Shown: positions 49,580 through 60,221, numbered from the stretch's first letter. The stretch is DNA of 64,000 bases from a bacterium (GCA_963662285.2 CAXXMV010000002.1:992001-1056000), one strand, 5' to 3'. Numbers and translations are program-made. The notes: generated from the letters alone by a model not told the origin.

Positions 49580-50104
49580 GTTCTCTCTCCTTCTTGAAGA
49601 TTTATAAATTTAGTAAGAAGTTACATTGAATGAATTTTTGTTAACGTAGTCTTTTTCTTGAAGTAATAGCACGATGTAAAATATTCTATTAAAATACTAA
49701 TAGGAAATTGGCGATTGTTACAATTCATCATCCGCCATAATTTCTACAAAAAATAAAGACAATCCTTCCCTAAGCGCCCTATCAAACAGTATTTATACTC
49801 GATTATCTGAAAAAAATCAACATACTTTTGATTTTTTAAATTTATTATACGTTTATTATCTAATAAATTACATATTATATAAAATTATTACTATATATTC
49901 ATAAATTATTGCTTTTGATATCGAAAATCCTGGTTTTTCCAGTTTTTTCGAAACGATAATCAGAGCGTTATTATTTAAATCACTTTAGCAGTCACTATCG
50001 GGATATCGATTAGTCATCCATACATCTGCATTTTATTGAAAAAAAATAGGTATAATATATAATTCCGCCAATTCAGGCAATCTTCGAATAGGATAAAACA
50101 ACTC

Positions 50105-51910
50105 ATGTTTTTATATAAACTCAACATAACAGCCATCCTGGGAGCAATAATAATAGTAACCTGTTGCATTCAAACCAACTTATCTGCTACCGAAAATGCT
50201 GATATATCCATAATCGGCTTATACCCAACTAATATAAGTACTTATCGCAGCGCTGTCAGCCCTATTTTTGTTTTTGAATACCAATCGGAATGGATAAAGC
50301 CTCAATCACCCGATATCCTTATCAATACAGATAAATTGCAATTAAAAAACTGGAGCGCTTATTGGCATATAATCAATCAAAATCAAGAACGCGTCCAATT
50401 ACCCAAAACAGGCCAGCCTATCAAAATCGACGGCGTCTTCAAATTACAATGTCATCTGCAATATTCGGGTAGTTTACATAAAGAAGCATTAGACGCATGG
50501 TACAAGGATAATCCCAATTCTTTACCAAAAGACATCCCTTTTCCCGATAAAAATCTTCAGCAATCCTTCCGCCCGGAAGTCCTACTGGTTCCGGCGCAGG
50601 GAGTTTCAATCCCACGGCGTCATCCCAAGCCATCGCTTATTTCATGGATTTTCGGCGCCAGAACGCCTAAACGTGTTCAACCTGACAGTAAAACGCCTCC
50701 AAATGTGGTTATGATCCTGGTCGATACCCTGCGTCGCGATCATACTCCTCCAGGTGGTCATCCGTTCATTGTTGCGCCGCATATAGATCAACTGGCTTCA
50801 CTGGGCGTTAATTTTTCTCAATCTTATGGCGCATCATCTTCGACCCGGCCAAGCGTTGGTTCAATCTTTACTGGTTTACAACCGAAAGCCCATGGCGCTA
50901 TCCGGCACGCCACTCAAGGCGCAGGACTGTTTCTCAATGCTCCCAGGCTGGCGGAAGCCTTTAAAAAATCCGGACATGACACCGCCGCTGTATCCAGTAA
51001 CGCCCAAGTCAGCCCCGCCTATGGTTTCAACTGGGGATTTGATACATTTCTCAGTTCTGTCTGGGAATCCCAGGTTTCGCTCAAAGGCGTCGAACAACTA
51101 AAAACACTGGATGAACCATTCTTCCTCTACCTCCATTACATGGGCCCTCATCAGCCCTACGAACCCGCCTATCCCTGGAAGGGAATGTATAAAGGATATC
51201 ATGCCCACGCCGAACAAGACGCCTACGCCGCTGAAATCACCCAGGAAGATCACCAGATAGGCGCCATTATTAAAGAACTGGCTCAACAAGGCCTGCTTGA
51301 CCGAACCATAATATGGCTGGTTTCCGATCATGGTGAAGAATTCTGGGAACATGGCTGGAATGGACACGGCGCCAACCTGTTCGAGGAATCCATTCAGACC
51401 GTATCAATTTTGTCTGCTCCTAACTTGATTCCCATAGGTGAAAGTATCGATACGCCGGTAACTCATGTGGATATTTTCCCCACGTTGTCAGAAATCTTCT
51501 CTTGGAAAAAGAATCCCATGGCTCACGGTCTAAGTTTAATGCCATTAATCAACCATCAATCCAGCGATGCATTCGCCAACCGCCCCCTATTCTTGCATCA
51601 TGGCGGCGGTAACAGCGACCAGCCTCATTTCTCAGACAAAGACGCCTTACTTCTTAATAAGAAGAAAATGGTCTGGTGGAACCAGAAGGATGAATGGGAA
51701 CTATATGACCTATCTACCGATCCGGGAGAAAAAAAGAACATTTATCAACCGAACGACTCTTTTATACAATCCGCGTCGCCATTGCTCGAAAAGCATCTGG
51801 CTGAATGCCAATCAATTGCTGATTCCATAAAAATGATGGATGAAAGTTTACCCGGCCTTACCCCACAGGAGATCGAAAACCTCAAAGCGCATGGCTATAT
51901 GCAGAAATAA
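50105..51910 (+). CDS. sulfatase-like (alkaline phosphatase superfamily) protein with N-terminal extension
   Basis: PNVVMILVDTLRRDH, STRPSVGSIFTG, LHYMGPHQPY, SDHGEEFWEHG, LYDLSTDPGE. Confidence 0.85.
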   Translation: MFLYKLNITAILGAIIIVTCCIQTNLSATENADISIIGLYPTNISTYRSAVSPIFVFEYQSEWIKPQSPDILINTDKLQLKNWSAYWHIINQNQERVQLPKTGQPIKIDGVFKLQCHLQYSGSLHKEALDAWYKDNPNSLPKDIPFPDKNLQQSFRPEVLLVPAQGVSIPRRHPKPSLISWIFGARTPKRVQPDSKTPPNVVMILVDTLRRDHTPPGGHPFIVAPHIDQLASLGVNFSQSYGASSSTRPSVGSIFTGLQPKAHGAIRHATQGAGLFLNAPRLAEAFKKSGHDTAAVSSNAQVSPAYGFNWGFDTFLSSVWESQVSLKGVEQLKTLDEPFFLYLHYMGPHQPYEPAYPWKGMYKGYHAHAEQDAYAAEITQEDHQIGAIIKELAQQGLLDRTIIWLVSDHGEEFWEHGWNGHGANLFEESIQTVSILSAPNLIPIGESIDTPVTHVDIFPTLSEIFSWKKNPMAHGLSLMPLINHQSSDAFANRPLFLHHGGGNSDQPHFSDKDALLLNKKKMVWWNQKDEWELYDLSTDPGEKKNIYQPNDSFIQSASPLLEKHLAECQSIADSIKMMDESLPGLTPQEIENLKAHGYMQK

Positions 51911-51962
51911 ATCTTTAGCTTATCTATCATTCGGTTCGATAGATTAACATAGGAGATTTATT

Positions 51963-52238
51963 ATGAATTATAATATCAAGTCACCCATTTTCGGCAAAGT
52001 TGCTCCTATAACAAACGCTTTCAAGCCCATCGGCCAATGGAACAACATAGAAATCAAGTATATTGAACCCAATCTATGGGTGGGCGCCAATGGCGTAACC
52101 GTTCAAAATCAAGTAGATATAACCAAAATCGATGGCCTGAAACACAAATTAACCAATGGCGGAATTGCTCTGCAACGCAACGATTATAAAAAAGCTGCTT
52201 ACTACAAGAACATCCGAATCAAGCGGTTGCCGGATTAA
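51963..52238 (+). pseudogene. truncated duplicate of the C-terminal part of the downstream DUF1080 gene
   Basis: IFGKVAP.TNAFKPIGQWN...GGIALQRNDYKKAAYYKNIRIK matches the 52388 protein; AGGAG RBS present. Confidence 0.7.
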
Positions 52239-52387
52239 TCCCTCTTGGAAAAGACTGTAGAACTTGAAAAAATACCAACAATTGGATACAACATCTGTTA
52301 ACCCTATATTAGATTCAGCTAAAATCCATTTTCTGTCTATTGATGGAAATGGTAAAAATAAACACCAAAAGGACATTGGAGGAGAAT

Positions 52388-53023
52388 ATGAGAATCAACA
52401 AACTTGCTTTACGCAATATCGGTCTTGCCATCTTGATCGCAGCTTTCGCCATACCGGTATTTGCTGCAGAAGAAGGTTTCGAACAAATCTTCAACGGAGA
52501 AAACCTGGATGGATGGATTATCCAGGGTATGGAAAAAGCAGCCCCTAAAATTGAAGAAGGCGGCGTCTTGAAAATTGGCGGTTGGGATTACTGGGCTGTC
52601 ATCACTAAGAAGGAATATGCCAATTTCATCCTTCGCTTCGATGTCAAATTCGATATAAAAGGCAACAGCGGCATTCTGATCCACACTCCGAAAAAAGAAG
52701 TATACAAATCTTCTTTCGAGATTCAGCTGGCCGATGATGAAGGTAAATCAACCGAAAATAAATGGCCGGGCGCTATTTTTGGTAAAGTCGCTCCTACCAA
52801 AAACGCTTTTAAAGCCATCGGCGAATGGAACAGCGTTGAGATCAAATACGACGATCCTAAAATCTGGGTTACTGTCAACGGTGAAGTCGTTCAGGACGGC
52901 GTTGATGTTTCCGCTATCGAAGGTTTGAAGCACAAACTCAAAAAAGGCGGCATCGCCCTGCAGCGCAACGATTACAAAAAAGCTGCTTATTTCAAGAACA
53001 TACGCATCAAAGAATTACCATAG
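52388..53023 (+). CDS. DUF1080 (3-keto-disaccharide hydrolase family) secreted protein
   Basis: Signal peptide; IFNGENLDGW, GNSGI, FEIQ, GEWN, GGIALQ, FKNIRIKEL. Confidence 0.9.
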   Translation: MRINKLALRNIGLAILIAAFAIPVFAAEEGFEQIFNGENLDGWIIQGMEKAAPKIEEGGVLKIGGWDYWAVITKKEYANFILRFDVKFDIKGNSGILIHTPKKEVYKSSFEIQLADDEGKSTENKWPGAIFGKVAPTKNAFKAIGEWNSVEIKYDDPKIWVTVNGEVVQDGVDVSAIEGLKHKLKKGGIALQRNDYKKAAYFKNIRIKELP

Positions 53024-53086
53024 ATAACATATTACTAAACCACTGTAATCTTGATTAACGATTTTTTAGTGATCAATAGAAACGCC

Positions 53087-53123
53087 AAAGACGGACTTGA
53101 TTATTTTCGAGTCCGTCTTTTTT
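53087..53123. terminator. terminator
   Basis: aaagacggact...agtccgtctttttt. Confidence 0.75.
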
Positions 53124-53167
53124 GGCTTTGTCGAATCGCGAATCAGAACGTTATTATGAAAACCAAT

Positions 53168-53359
53168 TTAGTTGGTAATAATAGCTTTGGCCGGACAGTT
53201 ATCGGCGCATTCTGAGCATTCGATGCAATTTTCTGTATCAATCTCGAATTTATATTTATCGATTAAGTCAGGAGAATCCTGGCCTTGAATGGCTTCTACT
53301 GGACAGATTTCGGCGCATAATCCGCATACAATACACTCTTTGGTTATTAAATATGACAT
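53168..53359 (-). CDS. 2[4Fe-4S] ferredoxin
   Basis: CIVCGLCAEICP and CIECSECADNCP. Confidence 0.93.
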   Translation of the reverse strand: MSYLITKECIVCGLCAEICPVEAIQGQDSPDLIDKYKFEIDTENCIECSECADNCPAKAIITN

Positions 53360-53522
53360 GTTTTCCTCTATAACTGATATCAATTCTGATACTTAATCCA
53401 GGGTATAATAGAAATTCTTCCATGCAGAGTTGCTGGAATACGGATGTAAACAGAGTAGACGAATTATTTTGATCTAATATACTGTATTTTCAATCTAATT
53501 TATATTTATTAAAGGTCATCAG

Positions 53523-55115
53523 ATGCAGCGAGTTACTTTTATAGCTTTGTATGACGAATATTGCCTTGGCGTCCGTTATATGTCATCAGTTCTACAGAAC
53601 GATGGACATCATGTTGATTTAATTATCTTTAAATCAGTCATTTCAATCACTCCCGGAGATGTGCCTCCTCCTGAAAAACAGGAAGACGGCGGTTATTACA
53701 GCATGTGCACCTACGTCTCTCCCAAGGAACTTGATCTGCTGCTGTATACGCTGAAAAAGCAAGACCCGCATATTGTGGGATTCTCTTTCACATCAGTTAG
53801 TTTTGGGCTGGCGAAATTCCTGACCCAGAAAGTACAGCAGGAATTGGGCGTCCCGGTGATATGGGGCGGGGTCGATTCTACGGTTAATATCCGGGAAAAT
53901 ATCAAGTATGCGGATATGGTTTGCGTTGGCGAGGGCGAGTATCCCATGCGCGACCTGGTTAGAGCCATGGATCGCGGCGCCGATGTTACCAATATCCCCA
54001 GCATCTGGGTTAAAAAAGATGGCCGGGTCTATGAAAACGCGGTAATGCAATTAGAGAAGAATCTGGATAATTATCCATTTCCTGATTATGAACTGCATAA
54101 TAAGACGGTTATTTTTGATAACGAAGTTCTTGAAGGCGCTTATCCGCCGGTAACCCACCTTTTCTCGAATTATATGGTAATGGCTACGCGGGGTTGTCCG
54201 TTCTCGTGCACCTACTGTTGCAGCGGACATTACCGGCAGATTTATAAGGGGCAGCGTCCGCTTCGCCGTCGTACGGTGGGCAATGTTCTTGATGAACTTG
54301 AATATATGATTGGTATGTGGCCCTGGCCAATAGAGCGCATCGAAATTTATGATGATGTACTGCCGGTGGATGATGAGTGGTTGGCTGAATTCGCTCCAAA
54401 ATACGCCAGCCGGATCGGGCTGCCTTTCTTCGGATATACTCATCCCAATGTGGGTAAACCGGAGAACCTTCGAGTACTCAAAGAGGCTGGCATTGATTAT
54501 CTGATTATGGGCGTTCAATCGGGCAGCCAGCGGGTGTTGAATGATTTTTACAACCGACGCCATAGCAAAGAGCGTACTATCAAAACCGCTCAGAATATCC
54601 TGGACGCCGACATTAAACTGGTCTGCGACTTTATCGGATACAATCCCTTGATCAAAGAACAGGATAATATCGAAACGCTGGATTTGATCTGTGATATTCC
54701 AAAACCCTGGGGCATTATTAAGTTTAATCCAATGGCGTTTTATGATAATTACCGCTTGACGGCCATCGCTGAAAAAGAAGGCATCATGGATCAGCTGGAG
54801 CGTCCCAAAGGGGTTCATGCATGGCAGGCCAAAATTACAAATGACCTGATCTTTTGGGAGTATATTCTCACCTTGGGTCATTTCGATGGATTTACTAAAG
54901 AGAAAATCATGGATATGGTCAACGACCGTTATTTGCGCGAAAATCCCATGATTCTTAAACAGATAGTGACCAATCTATATAAGGCCACCTATCAGGACAG
55001 CAACCCGGTGGTTAACAAGAACATGTATGTCCAGAAATTGCAGGCCGATTTGAACCAGGTAGAGAACTCGCGCGTGCTTCGAGCCTATAGAAAAGTGAAG
55101 AGCCTGGTCGCTTAA
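53523..55115 (+). CDS. B12-binding radical SAM protein
   Basis: WGGVDST, VGEGE, RGCPFSCTYC, YDD, GVQSGS. Confidence 0.9.
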   Translation: MQRVTFIALYDEYCLGVRYMSSVLQNDGHHVDLIIFKSVISITPGDVPPPEKQEDGGYYSMCTYVSPKELDLLLYTLKKQDPHIVGFSFTSVSFGLAKFLTQKVQQELGVPVIWGGVDSTVNIRENIKYADMVCVGEGEYPMRDLVRAMDRGADVTNIPSIWVKKDGRVYENAVMQLEKNLDNYPFPDYELHNKTVIFDNEVLEGAYPPVTHLFSNYMVMATRGCPFSCTYCCSGHYRQIYKGQRPLRRRTVGNVLDELEYMIGMWPWPIERIEIYDDVLPVDDEWLAEFAPKYASRIGLPFFGYTHPNVGKPENLRVLKEAGIDYLIMGVQSGSQRVLNDFYNRRHSKERTIKTAQNILDADIKLVCDFIGYNPLIKEQDNIETLDLICDIPKPWGIIKFNPMAFYDNYRLTAIAEKEGIMDQLERPKGVHAWQAKITNDLIFWEYILTLGHFDGFTKEKIMDMVNDRYLRENPMILKQIVTNLYKATYQDSNPVVNKNMYVQKLQADLNQVENSRVLRAYRKVKSLVA

Positions 55116-55142
55116 GGCATCAGACATTAGGGAATTCAACCT

Positions 55143-56753
55143 ATGCAGACAGTTTCCTTTATATCATTGTACGACGATTTTTGTTTGGATCTCCGTTACG
55201 CCTCTTCGATGCTTAAGTTTGACGGGCATCGTTCTTATATCACCTTATTCAAGGGTATTCAGTACGTTGCGTCTGATATATCTTCGGTAGTCGAACATTG
55301 CCAGGATGGGGCGTATTATGGTTCGCGGGTGTGCGCCTCTACAACAGAAGTCAATCTGCTGCTGGAAAACCTGAAAAAACAGGCGCCGGATCTGGTGGTT
55401 GTCTTTTTCGCTTCTGTTAGCCATGGTCTGACGCAGTTCTTGACTAAAATCATCAAAAGCGAACTGAATAAACCGGTTCTATGGTGCGGCGCCGATTCAA
55501 CTTTCAGCCCGGCTGATAATATAGAGCATGTGGATATGCTTTGCATTGGTGAAGCCGAATATCCTATTCGCTATTTGGTTGATGCGATGGATAAAGGTCA
55601 AGATTCATCACTGGTGCATAGCATCTGGTCGAATAAGAATGGCGTTATCAAGCGCAACCAACTGATGGCGGTAGAAACAAATCTGGATAATCTACCTTTG
55701 CCGGATTTTGAACTTGCAGATAAGACGGTTATCTGTGATGATGAAATAATGTCGGCGCTTTATCCACCCCAAAGCAACCTCCTGACCAACCTGGTTATAA
55801 TGGCGAGCCGTGATTGTCAAGTTACCTGCCTCTATTGTGGAACGGCTCATGATGACCTCCTCTACCAGAATAACCAAGCAGTTCGGTTACGTTCGGTTGA
55901 TAGCGTCATCAATGAAATTAGATATAGGCTGCAAACCTGGCCGGGATCAGTGGAACGCATTGAATTCCATGATGTTGAATTTCCCCTTGATAGAGAGTGG
56001 ATTACTGAATTTGCCAGCCGTTACGCCACTGAAATAGCCCTGCCGTATTTTGGATTCGCCAAACCGAATCAGTGTGATGCTGAAGCGTATAAAATATTGC
56101 GTAATTCAGGCATGTTCGCCATGATTTTAAGGATTCCTTCTGGTAGTGAACGCGTCTTGAAAGAATTGTTTAAGCAGGATTATTCAAGAGAATGCATTCT
56201 GCGTACGGCTAATAATATCAATGATGCTGGAATTAAATTACTTTGTGAGTTTGTGAAAAATAATCCAATGGAAAGTGAATCTGAGAAGTTGGATACGCTG
56301 GATCTGATATGCGACCTGCCGCATGGATTCAGCGTGATTAACAACATTCCACTGACTTTTTATCAGAATTGTCGTCTTTGGCAAAAAGCGTCTGATTCAG
56401 GCGCCATTAGCTGCTTTGCTTTGACTGATGGCGAACATGTCATGCATGCGGTAGATGATGTGGATCACCTGTTCTGGGATTGTCTCTATAAATTAGTTCA
56501 ATTTGATGATTTCGATAAAGATTGCTTGAAGGATTTCATAAACGACGGTTATATGCGCGAGAAACCGTCTATTCTTGAAGAGATTGTAATTAATCTCTAC
56601 AAAACAACTTATATGGATGGCAATCCAATGGCGGATAAAGATAATTATGTTCAACAACTGCGTTGGAGGATTATGCATTCACAGAATTTATCCCGTACGC
56701 CTGTGGTGAAGAACATCCGCAAACTGGTTAATATTTTTGGAGTTCATAAATAG
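55143..56753 (+). CDS. B12-binding radical SAM paralogue, degenerate motifs
   Basis: Collinear with the 53523 protein; RDCQVTCLYC retained; WCGADST, HDVEF and RIPSGS are altered. Confidence 0.8.
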   Translation: MQTVSFISLYDDFCLDLRYASSMLKFDGHRSYITLFKGIQYVASDISSVVEHCQDGAYYGSRVCASTTEVNLLLENLKKQAPDLVVVFFASVSHGLTQFLTKIIKSELNKPVLWCGADSTFSPADNIEHVDMLCIGEAEYPIRYLVDAMDKGQDSSLVHSIWSNKNGVIKRNQLMAVETNLDNLPLPDFELADKTVICDDEIMSALYPPQSNLLTNLVIMASRDCQVTCLYCGTAHDDLLYQNNQAVRLRSVDSVINEIRYRLQTWPGSVERIEFHDVEFPLDREWITEFASRYATEIALPYFGFAKPNQCDAEAYKILRNSGMFAMILRIPSGSERVLKELFKQDYSRECILRTANNINDAGIKLLCEFVKNNPMESESEKLDTLDLICDLPHGFSVINNIPLTFYQNCRLWQKASDSGAISCFALTDGEHVMHAVDDVDHLFWDCLYKLVQFDDFDKDCLKDFINDGYMREKPSILEEIVINLYKTTYMDGNPMADKDNYVQQLRWRIMHSQNLSRTPVVKNIRKLVNIFGVHK

Positions 56754-56783
56754 GGGGCAATGATTTGGTTTCTGCTATTTGGA

Positions 56784-58262
56784 TTACTCGAAATTTTTAT
56801 ATAAAAGGTTAAATTCGTCAACGCTATATGGTTCACTCAGGATGATGTTCTCTATCTCTTTTATTGCAGGATTCTCGGCGCGGTTTATAAACAGCAGGCA
56901 TTTGCGGTTCTCGTTGGAATACCAGAATAGCCGTTCACGATCTTCAGTTGGAAAATAAGGGGAGATGCTTATTTCCATTGAACCGGGTAATTTATCGATA
57001 AAGTAGTAAGTGATCCCCTCAATGTTTAATTTATCGGCATCAATATGCTCCATGGGTAATGGAGTGCAGTAGACTATCATTTTAGCCTCTTCCATGCGTT
57101 GTTGCATCGGCGCCGCGCGTAATCCCGCTTGTTCTATAGCGTGGATCAACTGGATGCCGCAGGTTCCCCAGGTTTCTATCTTTTTTCGTTTGATACTGTC
57201 GTAGATGGCCTGAAACTCTTCATCGGTCCAATGTTCTTTTTTGAAGAAATGGGTGATATCTTCCTCCATTTGACGGCCTACCCATGATTGCATGCCTTTT
57301 GAACTATGTTGAGCGACCAGTTGAAAAGTCAGTAGGCCATTGTGGTAATTTCCCAGACTGCGCCAGGCATGAGTTGTGCGAAGCATGGCGGAAAACATTT
57401 GGTTGTCGCGTTGGCGCCAAAAGCCGGGATTTTTGATGTGATATAGGGCGTAGTGGTCTAAAGCCCTCTGGAACAGAGTCGTTGCTTCTTCAATGTGGTC
57501 ATTTTCCAATGCAATAAGACCTTGATCGACGGATTTCATGATGATCTGGCCTTGAACTCGATCATTCCAATACCAGGTTATGCTCCAAACCAGAGCTAAG
57601 ATGGGAAATACGATTAATATCCCCCGGATCAAATTTCTTTTGAATAACTGTTTCTCAGCGATGCGGTAGTAGATTTTAGAGATAGTGTCAGAACGACCAG
57701 AGCGGTGTTTCGGTATATTTATTTTGGGGAGTGATTTTTTAGGTAAAGAGGTAGAAGTGGTTTTTGCGGTTGTTTTATGAGTAGATAATGCAGCTTCGGT
57801 TTTTCTGGCGGCAGCGCTGGATTTCGGTATAGTATTTTTCCTGATTGTTTTACCTTCTGTTGAAATTGATCTTGATTTTGATGTAGGGTTTGTTTTTTGA
57901 GTTGTTTTTCCTGTGGTTTTGGAAATTGCATGTTTGGGTGATGAAGCTGTTTTACTTTGAGTAGTTGTCTTTTTTGCAGTTCCAGTTTTGGATTGAGTCG
58001 TTTTTTTAATGGGGGATTTTTTTTCAGGATTTGACTTAGTAATTGTCTTCTTCGCAGTACTTGGTTGATTGGCCAGGTTTTTTTTTGCGAGCGCCTTTTT
58101 TATCGCAGCAACTTTTTTCTCAGCATCAGTTTGGAATGTGGTAGTCTTTTTGACGGTGGATTTTTTTGCAGTTGTGCGAGTTTGTTGTTTGGCAGCGCCT
58201 GATTTAAGGGGAGCAGCCGGTTTCTTCTTTTCAATGTTCGAGTTGGAGGCATCCTCAGTCAT
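56784..58262 (-). CDS. membrane protein with Lys/Thr/Ser-rich disordered N-terminus and TPR-like region
   Basis: About 190 aa low-complexity basic region; TM GILIVFPILALVWSITWYW. Confidence 0.65.
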   Translation of the reverse strand: MTEDASNSNIEKKKPAAPLKSGAAKQQTRTTAKKSTVKKTTTFQTDAEKKVAAIKKALAKKNLANQPSTAKKTITKSNPEKKSPIKKTTQSKTGTAKKTTTQSKTASSPKHAISKTTGKTTQKTNPTSKSRSISTEGKTIRKNTIPKSSAAARKTEAALSTHKTTAKTTSTSLPKKSLPKINIPKHRSGRSDTISKIYYRIAEKQLFKRNLIRGILIVFPILALVWSITWYWNDRVQGQIIMKSVDQGLIALENDHIEEATTLFQRALDHYALYHIKNPGFWRQRDNQMFSAMLRTTHAWRSLGNYHNGLLTFQLVAQHSSKGMQSWVGRQMEEDITHFFKKEHWTDEEFQAIYDSIKRKKIETWGTCGIQLIHAIEQAGLRAAPMQQRMEEAKMIVYCTPLPMEHIDADKLNIEGITYYFIDKLPGSMEISISPYFPTEDRERLFWYSNENRKCLLFINRAENPAIKEIENIILSEPYSVDEFNLLYKNFE

Positions 58263-58615
58263 AGTCGTATATGAGTAATCAATCAGTTTTTTTGTTTGAA
58301 AATTGATTCTAGCATATTTCCGGCATGCAGAAGAGCATGATATTGATAATAATCAATATCTTCTAAAATTTAATTTCAGTTGAATTAGCATGTTTATTCC
58401 AAGAATTTCACTATGCAACATCAAATTATTTAATAATTGTGGTAAAATCAATGAGTGTTATTTTGAAATTATTTGCATTAATATGCTATGATTGTTTTGG
58501 GTGGGGATGGATTGGCGCTGATTATCAAGGATTTATGATTATGATGATAGGCATATCTTTGTTTTAGTTTTTTTTAATAATCCAGCTACTGGTTGATGCA
58601 ATAGTTGAAAGTGAT

Positions 58616-60040
58616 ATGAAACCAAACTTTCTTATAATCGATGATGATGATGTGACTTGCCTGCTAGTGAAGAGCCATCTTGAAAATCTTGGCTATCAGG
58701 TTAAGTGCGGCAAAAGCGCTGCGGATTTACGTAGCTTTCTTGCAACAGATGATTTTAATGCAATTTTTCTTGATATCTATTTACCTGACGGGAATGGCAT
58801 CGAATTAATAACTGAGATTCAAAGGATTTCTACAGATATTCCGATTATCATGATTACTGGAGATGGCCGCGTCGAAACTGTGGTTGAAGCGATGCAGGCG
58901 GGCGCTTTCGATTATTGTCCTAAACCTCTGGAATTGCCTCGATTAAAAGTTGTTGCAAAAAATGCCTTGGATCGTTATACCCTCGAACGTAAAGTATCCA
59001 CCCTGGAGAAGACGCAACGCCTGAAATTTGATGAATTGATCGGCGGCAGCGCTCCAATGCAGGTGGTGTATCATATCATAGAGACAGTTGCTCCAACCAA
59101 AGCGCCAGTGCTGATAACCGGGGAGAGTGGTTGCGGCAAGGAACTGGTGGCTCGCGCTATTCACAATCTATCTCCACGAAGGGATAGAGAACTTGTCGAT
59201 GTTAATTGCGCGGCTATTCCCAAGGATTTGTTGGAAAGCGAATTGTTCGGACACGAAAAATCCGCTTTCACCGGAGCGACCAAGCGTGCTATCGGTCGAT
59301 GTGAACGCGCGCATCAGTCTTCTCTGTTTCTTGATGAAATCGGAGAAATGAATATCAGTTTACAAGCCAAAATGCTCCGTTTTCTGCAAGAGTACGCCTT
59401 TTACCGGGTTGGCAGTCAGGAAAAAATCCATGTGGATGTGCGGATTATTTCTGCGACTAACCGGAATCCACTTGATGCAATTTCAAGGGCGCAGTTGCGT
59501 GAAGACCTCTATTATCGCCTTAATGTAGTTAATATTGATATTCCTCCTTTGCGTAAGCGACTGGACGATATATCTAACTTGACTGAATTCTTCCTCGAAA
59601 GATATTCCAAAGAGCATAATCGCCATTTTGAAAGCATATCTCAGGACGTAATTGATATATTTAAATCATACTCCTGGCCCGGTAATGTTCGTGAGTTGGA
59701 AAACTGCATCCAGCAATTGGTGGTGCTTCATGATGGCTTGAAAGTAGAAGCCAATATGCTTCCCGCTTTTATTCGGTCAAATGAAATGGAAGATTTCGAG
59801 ATTGAACCTCTTCAAAATACAGCCGTGAATTTTGAACCTTATGAAGCGATTCCAGATTCTGAGCCATTGCCAAAAAATCGGATAGTGCCTTTGGTTGAGT
59901 TAGAAAAAATTGCCATAGATCAAGCTTTGCGGCTTACAAGAGGAAATGTCGGGCAATCAGCGGTTGGATTGCAGATGAGTCAGGCAACCCTTTATCGTAA
60001 GGTTCGTGATTATGGTTTGGACTTGAAGAATTATAAATGA
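58616..60040 (+). CDS. sigma-54-dependent response regulator (NtrC family)
   Basis: REC (DDD, D-IYLPD, K-P); GESGCGKE; ESELFGHEKSAFTGA; FLDEIGE; WPGNVREL; Fis-type HTH. Confidence 0.95.
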   Translation: MKPNFLIIDDDDVTCLLVKSHLENLGYQVKCGKSAADLRSFLATDDFNAIFLDIYLPDGNGIELITEIQRISTDIPIIMITGDGRVETVVEAMQAGAFDYCPKPLELPRLKVVAKNALDRYTLERKVSTLEKTQRLKFDELIGGSAPMQVVYHIIETVAPTKAPVLITGESGCGKELVARAIHNLSPRRDRELVDVNCAAIPKDLLESELFGHEKSAFTGATKRAIGRCERAHQSSLFLDEIGEMNISLQAKMLRFLQEYAFYRVGSQEKIHVDVRIISATNRNPLDAISRAQLREDLYYRLNVVNIDIPPLRKRLDDISNLTEFFLERYSKEHNRHFESISQDVIDIFKSYSWPGNVRELENCIQQLVVLHDGLKVEANMLPAFIRSNEMEDFEIEPLQNTAVNFEPYEAIPDSEPLPKNRIVPLVELEKIAIDQALRLTRGNVGQSAVGLQMSQATLYRKVRDYGLDLKNYK

Positions 60041-60087
60041 AATTATTCATCCTTGATGTGATGAATATTGAATGGTTGAATAGATTT

Positions 60088-60127
60088 AATGGCGAGGGCG
60101 TTTTAGGTTAAAGCGTTGCTCGCCATT
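60088..60127 (+). terminator. hairpin / terminator
   Basis: aatggcgag...ctcgccatt followed by a T-rich tract. Confidence 0.55.
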
Positions 60128-60221
60128 ATTTTGTTGGAGTTGGATTGTATTTCCTGATCTAAGAGCGATAATAAAAAAAGCGCCATACAGAATAGAAAAT
60201 TATTAAAGAGGCGGATGAACT

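Noticed and set aside
49580-50100. Very AT-rich stretch as a possible replication origin
   Set aside because: No DnaA-box cluster seen; consistent with a divergent promoter region
54051-54881. 276-aa antisense ORF
   Set aside because: Lies wholly opposite the radical SAM gene; no motifs
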